64,000 bases of DNA, from positions 6,112 to 70,111 of the forward strand of contig JAAWAX010000005.1 in assembly GCA_022792395.1 (NCBI GenBank). Direction: 5' to 3'. Source of the stretch: Clostridia bacterium. Lineage in GTDB: Bacteria; Bacillota; Clostridia; TANB77; CAG-508. Under the pieces are notes generated by a model. It did not search any database. It was not told where the DNA came from and saw only the letters and a program-made list of their open reading frames with translations. Made by a program: the position numbers and the translations under genes. Positions 19,777 to 30,128 of the stretch are shown here, one piece after another (the first letter of the stretch is position 1; every line of letters begins with the position of its first letter).

Positions 19777-21104
19777 TATTTGGACATTTTTAATTACATC
19801 TAATGAATTGAATATAAAACTTATGTTGATTCCATTTACTTTTATAGAAATTTATATTGGAATGGCATTATTTTTGAATATTTTTAATATTAAGGTAAAT
19901 GCACAAAAAAAATGTTTTTATGTGGTTTTCGTTTCTATAATAAGTATTGCTAATAATTTTACAATGCCAAATCCATTTAATATTTTTGCCAACTATATAC
20001 TATGTTTTATATTAATTATACTCATTTTTAAAATGACTCCCTTTAAAGCTTTTCTTTCTGCTGTATCTTCCGTATCTATATTCGCATTGATAGGATGTTT
20101 AATATTAAATCCTTATATTACAATAAGCCATATAACAACTGAAGAACTCTCTAATATTCCTATTTATAAAATTATTTATTTGATGATTATGTATACAATT
20201 TCTTTTATGATTATTTTCATACTAAAAAAGAAAAAATTATGGATTAACTTTTTTGAAGATATCGATAGAAAAAATAAATCAATGATACTTATCAATTTTA
20301 TTTTTGGTATCCTTACCTTAATCCTTCAAACTTGTATCTTATTTTACTATGTTGATACCTTACCTATGATAATAACTTTTTTAAGTTTTATTCCTTTTCT
20401 TGCTTACTTTGTTATTAGTATTTATAGTTTAACAAGAGTTTTAAAACTAAATGTAACCACGAAAAAGTTAGAAAGTGCTGAAGAATATAATAGAACTTTA
20501 CACATTTTGCATGATAATGTTCGAGGATTTAAACATGATTTTGATAATATAGTTACTACCATTGGTGGTTATATTAGAACCAGTGATATGGAAGGCTTAC
20601 AGCACTATTATTTACAACTAGAAGATGACTGTCAAAGAGTCAATAATTTGTATTTATTAAATCCTGAAATTATTAATAATCCTCGGTATCTATAATCTAC
20701 TTACTAGTAAATATAATGATGCTGATTCCAAAAATATAAAAATAAATATGACTTTCTTATTGGATTTAAATACTTTGAAAATGAAAATTTATGAATTTGC
20801 CAGAATATTAGGTATTTTATTAGATAATGCTATTGATGCTAGTAATGAATGTAATGAGAAAATTATTAACATCATGTTTCGAAATGATAGTAAAAATAAT
20901 CGACAATTAATTATTATTGAAAATACTTATAACAATAAAGAAGTAGATACCGAAAAAATATTTGAAAAAGGAATTACTGGGAAAAATAATCATACTGGAT
21001 TAGGCTTATGGGAAGTTCGTAAAATTATCAAAAAAAATAATAATATTAATTTATATACCTCAAAAACAGATAAATTCTTCTCTCAACAATTAGAACTTTA
21101 TTAA
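19760..21104 (+). CDS. AgrC-like membrane histidine kinase (one CGG +1 site at 20684-20686)
   Basis: Multi-TM N-terminus, H-box region (FKHDFDN) and GHKL ATPase (LLDNAIDA ... GLGLW). Track ORFs 19760..20695 and 20748..21104 join as ..INNP-G-IYNLLTSKYNDA... Length minus 1 nt gives 448 codons. Confidence 0.8.
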
Positions 21105-21118
21105 ATTATAAAAAACAC

Positions 21119-21147
21119 AAAAAACAGCTTTTTCAAGCTGTTTTTTG
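21119..21147. terminator. Bidirectional terminator between convergent agrAC-like and agrBD operons
   Basis: AAAAACAGCTT-TTTC-AAGCTGTTTTT hairpin with A/T runs on both sides. Confidence 0.6.
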
Positions 21148-21231
21148 CTGGATTGTATAAGTATAACTTTTAAGTTATATCATTGGTAAAAATAATTTTT
21201 CGTCCTATCTTTACCAATTGGATTTTATTCA

Positions 21232-21351
21232 TTAATCTTTTTTTATTAAACTTGCTGGCATTTTTGGTTGATGAAAAATCCATAATGCTGCACATGCTGT
21301 ATTTGTTGATTTTGCATATTTTTCTGCTACTTTAGCTAAAAATTTTAACAT
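21232..21351 (-). CDS. agrD: AgrD autoinducing-peptide precursor (39 aa; absent from the ORF track)
   Basis: Hand translation gives MLKFLAKVAEKYAKSTNTACAALWIFHQPKMPASLIKKD*. It has an amphipathic leader, a single Cys for the thiolactone, and the HQPKMP motif of clostridial AgrD. It lies directly downstream of agrB. Confidence 0.75.
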   Translation of the reverse strand: MLKFLAKVAEKYAKSTNTACAALWIFHQPKMPASLIKKD

Positions 21352-21425
21352 AATAAAATCATCCCTTCTTCGTAATTTATATGTAATGCAAAACATTACC
21401 GGTATTAATTTTGCATTAAATATCC

Positions 21426-22043
21426 TTAAATGGAAGCATCCCCATATACTTCATATCCATATTTATTATTGGTTAGTCGGTAGGCTAATTTTGTTATCAT
21501 TAAAGTTTGTAACAAGTATCCAAATATTATGATATTACAAATAATATTATAATTAAGAATTCCCGCTACTAGTAGTCCAATTGAAAAAGTAATATAAGAA
21601 ATTATTTGTTGCTTTTTTCTATCCTTTTTTCTTAAAATTGGCAAATTTTCTGTGTCAGCAGGTGCATATAGCTTAATCATAAGCATTCCAAAAATCCATA
21701 AACTTCCTATTATCATATATTTTGTTATTTCATCTAATATAATCATTTTTGCTAATATTGGTATTCCACAATAAAATACTGTAGTTGCTATAATACATCC
21801 TAGATGAGTTTTTAGATGAAATCCTCCAGAAGCATTTTTGAAAGGTATTAACAATAAAAATGTTAGCAATGTTTCCTTCCAAATCCCAAAAACATAAGCA
21901 ATGATTAATACAATAAAAGTTTTTGGTATTTCCCCTATAATGTTTTGCAGTCCATAATTGATTACTTCTGCTTTTTCATCATCAATATCTGGCATTTCTT
22001 TTCTAATTCGATTGGTTAGAAACATACAGATTTTATCTATCAT
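21426..22043 (-). CDS. agrB: AgrB (AgrD-processing membrane peptidase)
   Basis: 205 aa, multi-TM, with the conserved ..NASGGFHLKTHLGC.. motif. Confidence 0.8.
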   Translation of the reverse strand: MIDKICMFLTNRIRKEMPDIDDEKAEVINYGLQNIIGEIPKTFIVLIIAYVFGIWKETLLTFLLLIPFKNASGGFHLKTHLGCIIATTVFYCGIPILAKMIILDEITKYMIIGSLWIFGMLMIKLYAPADTENLPILRKKDRKKQQIISYITFSIGLLVAGILNYNIICNIIIFGYLLQTLMITKLAYRLTNNKYGYEVYGDASI

Positions 22044-22275
22044 TTCCTCACCTCATTTCGACAATCGAATTGTATCATCATAAAGTTCATTCTTTTCATT
22101 TATTTTATGAAATACCGTTTTTATTATACGAAAATAGCAATTGGATTATTGAAACCACAGATGTTTACAATAAAATATATTTTCCCAATTCGTTTTGTAT
22201 AAGATTTTTGAGGTTTTGTAAATTTTAGACTAAATTTATATTATATGTTATAATGAAAAACAAGGAGAAAATTTT

Positions 22276-23447
22276 ATGGATAAAAATGAAAAAATATTAG
22301 AAGAATTTCTTTATAACATAAATTGTTTAGATAAATTAAAAGAATATACAAATCCTATAAACATATTTGAAGTTCTAAAAGTTACCAACCAAGAAATTCG
22401 CCATAGCAATATATTAGCTTGGTTATTAAACCCAAATGAAACCCATCATATAGGAGAAGGAATTTTAAAACAATTCCTTGAACATATATGTAAAATAGAA
22501 AATAGCAAATTAAAAATATTTGATTTACTTGATATTGATTATACAACTGTTATTATAAAAAGAGAATTTAGAAATATCGATTTATTAATAGAAATTAAAA
22601 ATAAGAAATTAGTCCTTTGCATAGAAAATAAAATATGGGCAAAAGAACATGGAACCTATAATTATGCCTCTCAATTAACAAAATATAAAGATATGTAGAT
22701 AATGAATATATTGGTTATACACCAATCTATATCTATTTATCTCCAGATGGAGATGAAGCAAGCGATACCACAAATTGGATTTCTTTTGATTATGGTAAAA
22801 TTGCTGATATTGTAGAAGAAAATTTGAATAATAACCATCCAAAAGAAGTTCAACTAATCATGTCGAATTATATCGATATTATAAGGAGAGAAATTGTGAA
22901 AAATAGTGAAATAGAAAAAATTTGTTTAGACATATATAGAGAACACAAAGAAGCTTTAGATTTAATTTATAATAATATTAATATCGATGACACCTATCAA
23001 ATATATGAAGAAATTGTATCTAGTTTAGAAAAAAAACAAAGTGAATGTAAAGATATCATATTTGATAGACAATATAGTACAAAAACACATATTAGATTTA
23101 GAACAAAAGCAATGGAAAAAATGTTTCCCAAATTAGAAAATACTGTAAGCTATTGGAATTTTCCATATGATGCTTTTTATGAAATCATTAATAAAAGACA
23201 TAATATTTGTATAAAATTTGTTGTTTCTGCTTCTGCTACTTATACACAAGAAGATTATACAAAATTAGAAAATAAATTTAAAAAAATTCGAAAGAGAAAA
23301 ACATCTTTTGGAGATAAATGGAAATGGAAAGGAACTAAAAAATATACTGTAAAGGACATGGAAAATAAACCAATAGAAGAAATTTTAGATGAACTAAAGA
23401 AAAAAATTAACCACTTAATAAAAGAAGATGATAAAATTTTTAAATAA
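22276..23447 (+). pseudogene. PD-(D/E)XK nuclease-family protein, disrupted by a -1 type frameshift near 22689-22695
   Basis: D...E-N-K motif (IDLLIEI..LCIENKIWAKE). The second frame is open from 22689 and continues ..VDNEYIGYTPIYIYLSPDGDE... The junction needs one missing nt or two extra nt, and no CGG is involved. Confidence 0.55.
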
Positions 23448-23578
23448 TAATTATAGTATCCCTTCTTAATTAAAACGGAAATTTTCTTGATTTTTTTATC
23501 TATATTTAGCTTTGAAATTTTCGCAAATTTTTTCAAAAAATACTATACTTTTTTAAGTTTTTAGTGTATAATTAAATA

Positions 23579-23707
23579 AATTAAGGAATACTATGTATTG
23601 TAGATAGATATTCTACTAGGTCTGAAATAGTTTACTAAATTAGGACCTGATCCGAGCTAATTCAAAGAATTAGCAAAAGCCATTCACTCGAATGGCTTTT
23701 AATTTTC
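23579..23707 (+). ncRNA. Candidate small RNA or structured 3' UTR (function unknown)
   Basis: TATAAT at 23567-23572, three or four short hairpins (AGGTC/GACCT, GCTAATTC/GAATTAGC), then a terminator AAGCCATTC-ACTC-GAATGGCTT followed by T-rich TTAATTTT at 23676-23707. No ORF. Confidence 0.25.
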
Positions 23708-23915
23708 CTATAACTCTATTTTTTCTGTATCTTTTTGTAGCATATTGCTTTTATTTTCATCACTGTAAAGGATATGTTAAAGAAAATACATTAATTAAAT
23801 GATTATCTAATATAATTCCTAATAAGAACCACGATACTATTGGAACTATTGAGTTATTAATATATCAAAGCTTACTATAAATAATCTTTTCATTTTTATT
23901 CCTATTCTCTTATTA

Positions 23916-24593
23916 TTATATTCTTTTATTTTTCAATAAGTTTATGATATGTCTAAAATCTTTACCATTAAAAAAGTATCTTTCTGCTTTCGTAAAAAAA
24001 ATATTGTTTTTTCTCTTATAATCTAATTTATCTATTACAGTTAACATATCTGAAACTTGAAATAATCGTTTTTTAGTATGGTCAAATTCTATTCTTCTTT
24101 CTACTTTTGGATTAGTAGCCAATAGTGTATCAAGTATTGTTGCTAATGTTTCTTGTCCATTATCATAATAAATAACAATTTTATCAAATGTATCGAAATA
24201 TACTTTATTATCATTTATAAATTGTCTTATTTCTCTTGCCAATGCCATATTAAGTTGCATTTTTTTGTTGATATACTTCTTATCTATTATTACAGTTCTT
24301 ATTTTGACTTTTACTCTATTTGAAAAATAGAATATAGCCCAAAATATACTTTTTCTTCTTTCTAAATCGAAGTGTGAATAATCTCCTCTTTTAGCTACCA
24401 AATATGCTAAATGTATCATTCCATCATAATTAAGTTCATCTAATTTTTTGTTTAGATATTTTAGTTCATTTTCTATAGAATTAGAACTTTCGTGTAATGT
24501 AAATGAAACCGCATATAAATCTGAACTTCCTTTTACAAATCCAAAATCTCCACTTTCATCTATAAATATATTTAACCTTTTTATTATAATCAC
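23916..24593 (-). CDS. DUF3800-family protein
   Basis: 225 aa. The N-terminal IFIDESGDFG motif is characteristic of DUF3800. Confidence 0.55.
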   Translation of the reverse strand: MIIIKRLNIFIDESGDFGFVKGSSDLYAVSFTLHESSNSIENELKYLNKKLDELNYDGMIHLAYLVAKRGDYSHFDLERRKSIFWAIFYFSNRVKVKIRTVIIDKKYINKKMQLNMALAREIRQFINDNKVYFDTFDKIVIYYDNGQETLATILDTLLATNPKVERRIEFDHTKKRLFQVSDMLTVIDKLDYKRKNNIFFTKAERYFFNGKDFRHIINLLKNKRI

Positions 24594-24831
24594 CTAGTTT
24601 TCTTGTTAATAATATCTTTTATAACTTTTTCTCTAGCATATTGACATATTTATACCATAAAAGTACTATTTTCTCAACATTTTCGCCAAATAAATTTGAC
24701 TTTTTTTAATCATGACATATGAACGGTATTAAATAATTAGTAGTATATAACATTTTTTAAGCATAAGCAAATAAGTAAAATCTTACAAAAATAAAAGCCA
24801 AAAATAAAAAGCCTTTAAATTCGGCTTTTTT

Positions 24832-24908
24832 TGGTAGCGAAGATGTGATTCGAACACATGACCCTTCGGGTATGAACCGAATGCTCTAGCCAACTGAGCT
24901 ACTTCGCC
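24832..24908 (-). tRNA. tRNA-Met (anticodon CAU), CCA encoded
   Basis: The reverse complement GGCGAAGTAGCTCAGTTGGCTAGAGCATTCGGTTCATACCCGAAGGGTCATGTGTTCGAATCACATCTTCGCTACCA folds as a cloverleaf. Anticodon loop is TTCATAC and T-loop is TTCGAAT. Confidence 0.85.
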
Positions 24909-25016
24909 ATATTCTTATAACGTTATCTATTATAAAGGTAGTTTTTCCATTTGTCAAGATAAAAATACAAGAAAATTAAATTTCTTGTATTTTATCTCTT
25001 CTAATCTGCAATTTCT

Positions 25017-25346
25017 TTACTTTGTATTTTCCTCTAACTCTTCTTTACTCTTTTTTACAAACTCGGCACTTTGTATTTCGGGGCTACTTTTGGTTGCCTC
25101 TTTTAAGTCTTCTCTTAATGAATTTTTTCTTAATGAATTTTTTCTTAATAAATCTTTACTCCTTTTAGGAGTATACTTTCTATCAATTAAATTTTCAGCA
25201 CCTTTATCTACATTCTTAACTACCTGAAGTAATTCTGGTGGCAATTCACTTTCATCTTTCTCTGATGTCTCTGAATCTGTTCTAAATAAATCTGCAAAAA
25301 ATTCTTTTAATTCTTCACGTATATTTGGTTTAACACTTTCTTCCAT
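25017..25346 (-). CDS. Hypothetical charged protein
   Basis: 109-aa ORF, Glu/Lys-rich, containing the LRKNS-LRKNS duplication. Confidence 0.35.
   Translation of the reverse strand: MEESVKPNIREELKEFFADLFRTDSETSEKDESELPPELLQVVKNVDKGAENLIDRKYTPKRSKDLLRKNSLRKNSLREDLKEATKSSPEIQSAEFVKKSKEELEENTK
25113..25142. repeat. 15-bp tandem duplication (CTTAATGAATTTTTT x2)
   Basis: Two exact adjacent copies plus a partial third, in-frame within ORF 25017..25346. Confidence 0.8.
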
Positions 25347-25533
25347 ATTATTTCACCTTAATATAAACTTAAGTTTATACCTCCTTTTTAATACTACATT
25401 ACCATTATAACATAAAAGAACTGAAAAATCAAGCTTTTTTATTTTTATGTCTACATTTTTATGTTTACATTAATGATTGAACCGTAAAAGATTTTGTAAT
25501 ATTCAACTTAAAAATACTGCTTAAACTGCTTCT

Positions 25534-26592
25534 TTATAAAGACATTTTGTAATTTAATTCTCCCATTTCTTCTGTTGGCACATATCCTGGCTTACTACTT
25601 ATGACATCTGGTATTCTATTTACAATCGTTGCACAAGTTAATTCTACTGTAGCTGGTCGATTGATAACTAATGTTGTTTCTGGTTCCCCCATAACAGTCC
25701 ATTCATTTTTATCAAAATCATCTTTTGCATATACTTTTCCGATACATTCACTTTCAATCACAATTCCTTCTTCTGTTTCGGTTGTAACAACCGCACTCAT
25801 TCCTGTTGCCATTCCTGCTTTTACAGTCATTCCTAAAGTAGATGATTCAATATCTTCTGTATGTGTCTGTGGAATTGTCTTTTGTGTCTGGCTTTTTACG
25901 GTTAATCCTAATTTTGCACATAACCAACCATTTACATTCCACATATAAGAAGGTAAGTATTCTCCTTTATCTATCATAGCTTGTCTTTCTTCATCTGAAA
26001 TTCTATCAACAGATGCTACTTGCTTATCAAATTCTTCTAAAGATAATCCTGCCCCATGTGCTTTTGCTAAAGCAATACCATAATCTTCAACATTATAACT
26101 AGAACTTCCCTTTATCTTTTTTATCGTTTGCGTTGAACCCGCTATACTAGAAATCAATTGTCCCCAATAAATATCTTGATAGCCACTTCCTGTTATCGTA
26201 CATCCTGTTTGTTTTGCCACATCATCTATCTTCTTCGTTACAGTTGGATTTGAGTTCATTGGATAAAATGCTTCTTCACAAGTTGTAATAGCATTTACTC
26301 CTAATTTGGCACATAACATTAAAGCTTCTTCCACATCACTAATTAAACTCATGGTTGTAACAATTGCTATATCTGGTTTCGTTTCTTTCATCATATTTTC
26401 TGCATCTTCTATCGAAACTACCTTTACCCCTTTATTTTCCGTTCCTATCATTTCTCCAATATCTTTTCCTATTACATCTGGATTAACATCAATAGCTCCT
26501 ACTATTTCGCCACCTTTTTCATATACATATCGCATTGTATATATACTCATTTTACCTGTCCCATATTGAACTACTTTAATTTTTTCATCCAT
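25534..26592 (-). CDS. DapB-like NAD(P)-binding oxidoreductase (amine / 2,4-diaminopentanoate dehydrogenase-like family)
   Basis: 352 aa. N-terminal Rossmann motif KVVQYGTGKMS. Size and layout resemble the NAD(P)H-dependent amine dehydrogenase family. Assigned from memory only. Confidence 0.45.
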   Translation of the reverse strand: MDEKIKVVQYGTGKMSIYTMRYVYEKGGEIVGAIDVNPDVIGKDIGEMIGTENKGVKVVSIEDAENMMKETKPDIAIVTTMSLISDVEEALMLCAKLGVNAITTCEEAFYPMNSNPTVTKKIDDVAKQTGCTITGSGYQDIYWGQLISSIAGSTQTIKKIKGSSSYNVEDYGIALAKAHGAGLSLEEFDKQVASVDRISDEERQAMIDKGEYLPSYMWNVNGWLCAKLGLTVKSQTQKTIPQTHTEDIESSTLGMTVKAGMATGMSAVVTTETEEGIVIESECIGKVYAKDDFDKNEWTVMGEPETTLVINRPATVELTCATIVNRIPDVISSKPGYVPTEEMGELNYKMSL

Positions 26593-26632
26593 CGAATCAT
26601 TCCTCCTTTTTATCTACATTATATACCAATTT

Positions 26633-27349
26633 TTAAAAATTATACAAGGGAGCATGGAGGGACAAAAATTCTTTCAAGATATTGGCACATCTTTTAGAAG
26701 CCAATTTTAAATTTTCATCAAATGTAGATGCATTCTTTCCATTTGGGGTATCTGAAATACTTCTTATTGCCATAAAAGGAACATTGTCTAAATAACATAC
26801 TTGTCCAATGGCTGCACATTCCATATCAACTACATCAGCTCCAAACTTACCACGAATTTTATCTTTCATCCATGATTCGGTACAAAAAATATCACCAGTT
26901 GCAATCACACCTAATTTTATTTGATAACTTCTTTCTGGTATTGATTTAATAATTTGTTCTAATTCATCTACTAAATTTCTATCGCAAATGATTGCATTTC
27001 CAACCCCTGTAATATAGCCTTTACTATGACCAAATGCAGTAATATCAAAATCATGTTGAACCACTTGTTTTCCAATCAATACATCTCCTATATTTAATAA
27101 ACTATTAATCGCCCCACCTGAACCTAAATTGATTACATATTGTATTTTAAAATTTTGAAGCATTACTTGTGTGGTTCTTGCTGCATTTACTTTTCCAATT
27201 CCACTTTTCACTAAAACACAATTTTTCCCTTGTATCTTTCCTCTTAAAAATCTCAAATTATAAATCTGCTCTACTTTCACCTCTGTCATAATTTTTACAA
27301 TAGCTTCTCTTTCTTCCTCCATAGCAACAATGATTCCAATTTCTTGCAT
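26633..27349 (-). CDS. mtnN: 5'-methylthioadenosine/S-adenosylhomocysteine nucleosidase
   Basis: 238 aa. IGIIVAMEEE, GIGKVNAA and DMECAAI motifs. Confidence 0.85.
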   Translation of the reverse strand: MQEIGIIVAMEEEREAIVKIMTEVKVEQIYNLRFLRGKIQGKNCVLVKSGIGKVNAARTTQVMLQNFKIQYVINLGSGGAINSLLNIGDVLIGKQVVQHDFDITAFGHSKGYITGVGNAIICDRNLVDELEQIIKSIPERSYQIKLGVIATGDIFCTESWMKDKIRGKFGADVVDMECAAIGQVCYLDNVPFMAIRSISDTPNGKNASTFDENLKLASKRCANILKEFLSLHAPLYNF

Positions 27350-27519
27350 TTTTATTCCTCCTTTTACTCTGCCTAAAATTATATATCAAATACTAGATTA
27401 ATTCAATCATTCATAAAATATTTTGAAGGACTTGCCACTTTTTAATTTTTAGTGTAATATAATAATGTAAATTGAAAGAAATGCAAAAGATTTTAGAAAG
27501 GAGGATTTTATTGATTAAA

Positions 27520-27660
27520 TTTTAGCGCCAGAACACTTTAATTGGGTGTTGACGAGGTCTAGAGTGATCGAATTTTCGGCGGATGCTCTAGTGGCTTTAG
27601 CTTAAGGTCATACTATTAATTCAAAAAACAGTAGTGATATTGTAACAAAGATTAATACAT
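27520..27660 (+). ncRNA. glmS_ribozyme: glmS ribozyme
   Basis: AGCGCCAGAAC...GTTGACGAGG...ATCGAATTTTCGGCGGATGC matches the conserved glmS ribozyme core, directly upstream of glmS. The 3' boundary is approximate. Confidence 0.85.
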
Positions 27661-27716
27661 TTAAGCCTATTTGCATACTTTCAATTCCAATATTAATTTT
27701 TTAGGAGGATTAAAAT

Positions 27717-29555
27717 ATGTGTGGAATTGTAGGTTACATAGGAAACCAAAAAGCAAGCCCTATTTTAATTAATGGGCTAATTCGATTGGAATACAGAGGC
27801 TATGATTCAGCTGGTATTTCAACTATTGAAAATAATGAACTTTCCTTAATGAAAGATAAAGGAAGAGTAAAAAATTTATATAATATAGAAGGAATTGACA
27901 ATTTAGTAGGTACTATCGGTATTGCTCATACAAGATGGGCAACACATGGAAAACCAGCAAAGGAAAACTCTCATCCTCATATGGATAATAGTAAAACCTT
28001 TAGCGTGGTTCATAATGGAATTATTGAAAATTATAATGAATTAAGAAAATTTTTAACAGATAATGGATATACCTTTTATTCTCAAACCGATACAGAGGTT
28101 ATTCCTAATTTAGTCCATTACTATTATCATAAAGACAACCATACAGATGAATTAAAGTTTTTGCGTGCTGTCAAAAATGCATGTTCTAATTTAAAAGGAA
28201 GTTATGCTATTGAAATTATTTGTAAGGACTATCCTAATAATATGATAGTTACTAGAAAAGATAGCCCTCTTGTAATTGGAAAAGGAGAAGAAGAAAATTA
28301 TATTTCCTCTGATATCCCAGCTATTCTTTCTTTTACCAGAAACTTTTATTTATTAGATGATTTTGATTTAGCTGTTTTAACAAGGGATGCTGTATCTTTT
28401 TATGATAAGGATTTAAATGCTATTCCAAAAAATACAGAAATGATTGAATGGAATGCCTCAAGTGCTGAAAAAGATGGTTATGAAGATTTTATGTTAAAAG
28501 AAATTTATGAACAACCAACAGCCATTCGAGAAACCATTGGTGCAAAATTTAATGAAACAACTAAATGTGAATTTGATGAATTACAATATACGAAAGACTA
28601 TTTAGCTAGTTTAAATAAAATCTACATTGTTGCCTGTGGTACTGCAATGTATGCTGGTCTAGTTGGAAAAAATGCAATTGAAAAGCTTTGTAAAATCCCT
28701 TGTGAAGTAGATGTTGCTTCCGAATTTCGATATCGTAATCCTTTAGTAGATGAAAAAACTTTATGTATTTTTATCTCTCAATCAGGAGAAACAGCTGATA
28801 CCATTGCTGCTTTAAAACTCTGTAAAGAAAAGGGAGCTAAAACACTTGCCATTAGTAATGTAATTGGAAGTTCGATTACCAGAGAAGCAGATGACTCTAT
28901 TTATACACATGCTGGACCTGAAATAGCTGTTGCTTCTACGAAAGCCTATACTTCTCAAGTCATGTTAATTACGATATTAGCTATCTACTTCGCAGAAAAA
29001 TTAGAAATGGATAGTAATACGATTAATTTACTAAAAAAAGATATTATGGAATTACCAAAAAAATTAGAAGAAACTTTAAAATTATCAGAATCGATTCAAG
29101 AATTTTCTAAAAAATGCTACCAAGAAAAAGATATTTTCTTTTTGGGTAGAGGTATTGATGAAACAGTTGCTAGAGAAGGTTCTCTAAAATTAAAAGAAAT
29201 TTCTTATATTCATTCTGAAAGCTATCCAGCAGGTGAGTTAAAACATGGTCCTATTGCTTTGATTGAAAATGATATTACAGTAGTAAGTATTATGACTGAT
29301 TGTAATTTGGTAGAAAAAACGGTTAGCAATATTCAAGAAGTAATTACTCGTGGTGCTAAAACTTTAGTAATTACGAACCAAAATGTAGATGAGAATATGT
29401 TTGATATGGTTATAAAAATACCAGATACGAATCCTTTTATTTCGCCTATTTTATCAATTGTTCCTTTACAATTGTTTGCTTATTATATTTCGAAAGAGAA
29501 AGGTTTAGATGTTGATAAACCTAGAAATCTTGCTAAATCTGTTACAGTGGAGTAA
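27717..29555 (+). CDS. glmS: Glutamine-fructose-6-phosphate aminotransferase GlmS
   Basis: 612 aa. N-terminal MCGIVGY, two SIS domains, C-terminal KSVTVE. Confidence 0.95.
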   Translation: MCGIVGYIGNQKASPILINGLIRLEYRGYDSAGISTIENNELSLMKDKGRVKNLYNIEGIDNLVGTIGIAHTRWATHGKPAKENSHPHMDNSKTFSVVHNGIIENYNELRKFLTDNGYTFYSQTDTEVIPNLVHYYYHKDNHTDELKFLRAVKNACSNLKGSYAIEIICKDYPNNMIVTRKDSPLVIGKGEEENYISSDIPAILSFTRNFYLLDDFDLAVLTRDAVSFYDKDLNAIPKNTEMIEWNASSAEKDGYEDFMLKEIYEQPTAIRETIGAKFNETTKCEFDELQYTKDYLASLNKIYIVACGTAMYAGLVGKNAIEKLCKIPCEVDVASEFRYRNPLVDEKTLCIFISQSGETADTIAALKLCKEKGAKTLAISNVIGSSITREADDSIYTHAGPEIAVASTKAYTSQVMLITILAIYFAEKLEMDSNTINLLKKDIMELPKKLEETLKLSESIQEFSKKCYQEKDIFFLGRGIDETVAREGSLKLKEISYIHSESYPAGELKHGPIALIENDITVVSIMTDCNLVEKTVSNIQEVITRGAKTLVITNQNVDENMFDMVIKIPDTNPFISPILSIVPLQLFAYYISKEKGLDVDKPRNLAKSVTVE

Positions 29556-29568
29556 TAATAAAGAAGAG

Positions 29569-29599
29569 AGGCTAGCCTTAACAAGTGCTAGCCTTTTTC
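29569..29599. terminator. Terminator hairpin after glmS
   Basis: GGCTAGCC-N9-GCTAGCC followed by TTTTT. Confidence 0.6.
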
Positions 29600-29600
29600 T

Positions 29601-29936
29601 TTACTCTTCGATTTCTCCTATAAGTACGGTGTTTCCTTCTTTTGTCTGGATAATGATAGTATCATCGATATAGATATTGTCTGCGCTAATAGTTACTGGT
29701 CCTGACTGCCGAAATTTTTCTTTTGCCTTTTCTATCCCTTTTCTGGGATTACAATGAATTGCAATCTCTTCTTCTTTTGACAATTGATTCTCTATCCGAT
29801 ATATTTCAACTGCATCGTGATAAGTTTCATTCTCATCTTTTACTAACCTTGGTACTACTATGAACTTATCAGTCTGAATATATCCATTGTGCTTCATTTC
29901 TGCCAATTTTACCAATACTTTTCCTGCCAGTTCCAT
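29601..29936 (-). CDS. Hypothetical protein, with two in-frame CGG codons read as ordinary codons
   Basis: 111-aa ORF. CGG at codons 47 (29796-29798) and 76 (29709-29711). The zero frame stays open past both, while the +1 frame stops within 1 and 5 codons. The segment looks GC-richer than its flanks by eye. Confidence 0.45.
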   Translation of the reverse strand: MELAGKVLVKLAEMKHNGYIQTDKFIVVPRLVKDENETYHDAVEIYRIENQLSKEEEIAIHCNPRKGIEKAKEKFRQSGPVTISADNIYIDDTIIIQTKEGNTVLIGEIEE

Positions 29937-30128
29937 TTTGTTTTACCTTCGATACAATAATCTTGTATCTTTCCTTTCTTATAATTTTTTCTAATTAAGT
30001 TTATTATATCACATTTACATAACAAAATCAATATTATGTTGATTATTTTTTCGTTTTTTTGCTATTTTTTTACATTTTATCTGTTTTTTTGTTATTTTTA
30101 TTACCTATAATTGCAAAAAAGACCACAT

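Noticed and set aside
22689-22698. The frameshift in the PD-(D/E)XK nuclease gene as another CGG recoding site.
   Set aside because: The frames differ by -1 (one missing nt or two extra nt) and there is no CGG at the junction. I treat it as a real lesion or an isolated error.
24832-24908. The tRNA in this window as the quadruplet decoder.
   Set aside because: It has a normal 7-nt anticodon loop (TTCATAC) with anticodon CAT, so it is an ordinary tRNA-Met. Any CGGN-reading tRNA must lie elsewhere in the genome.
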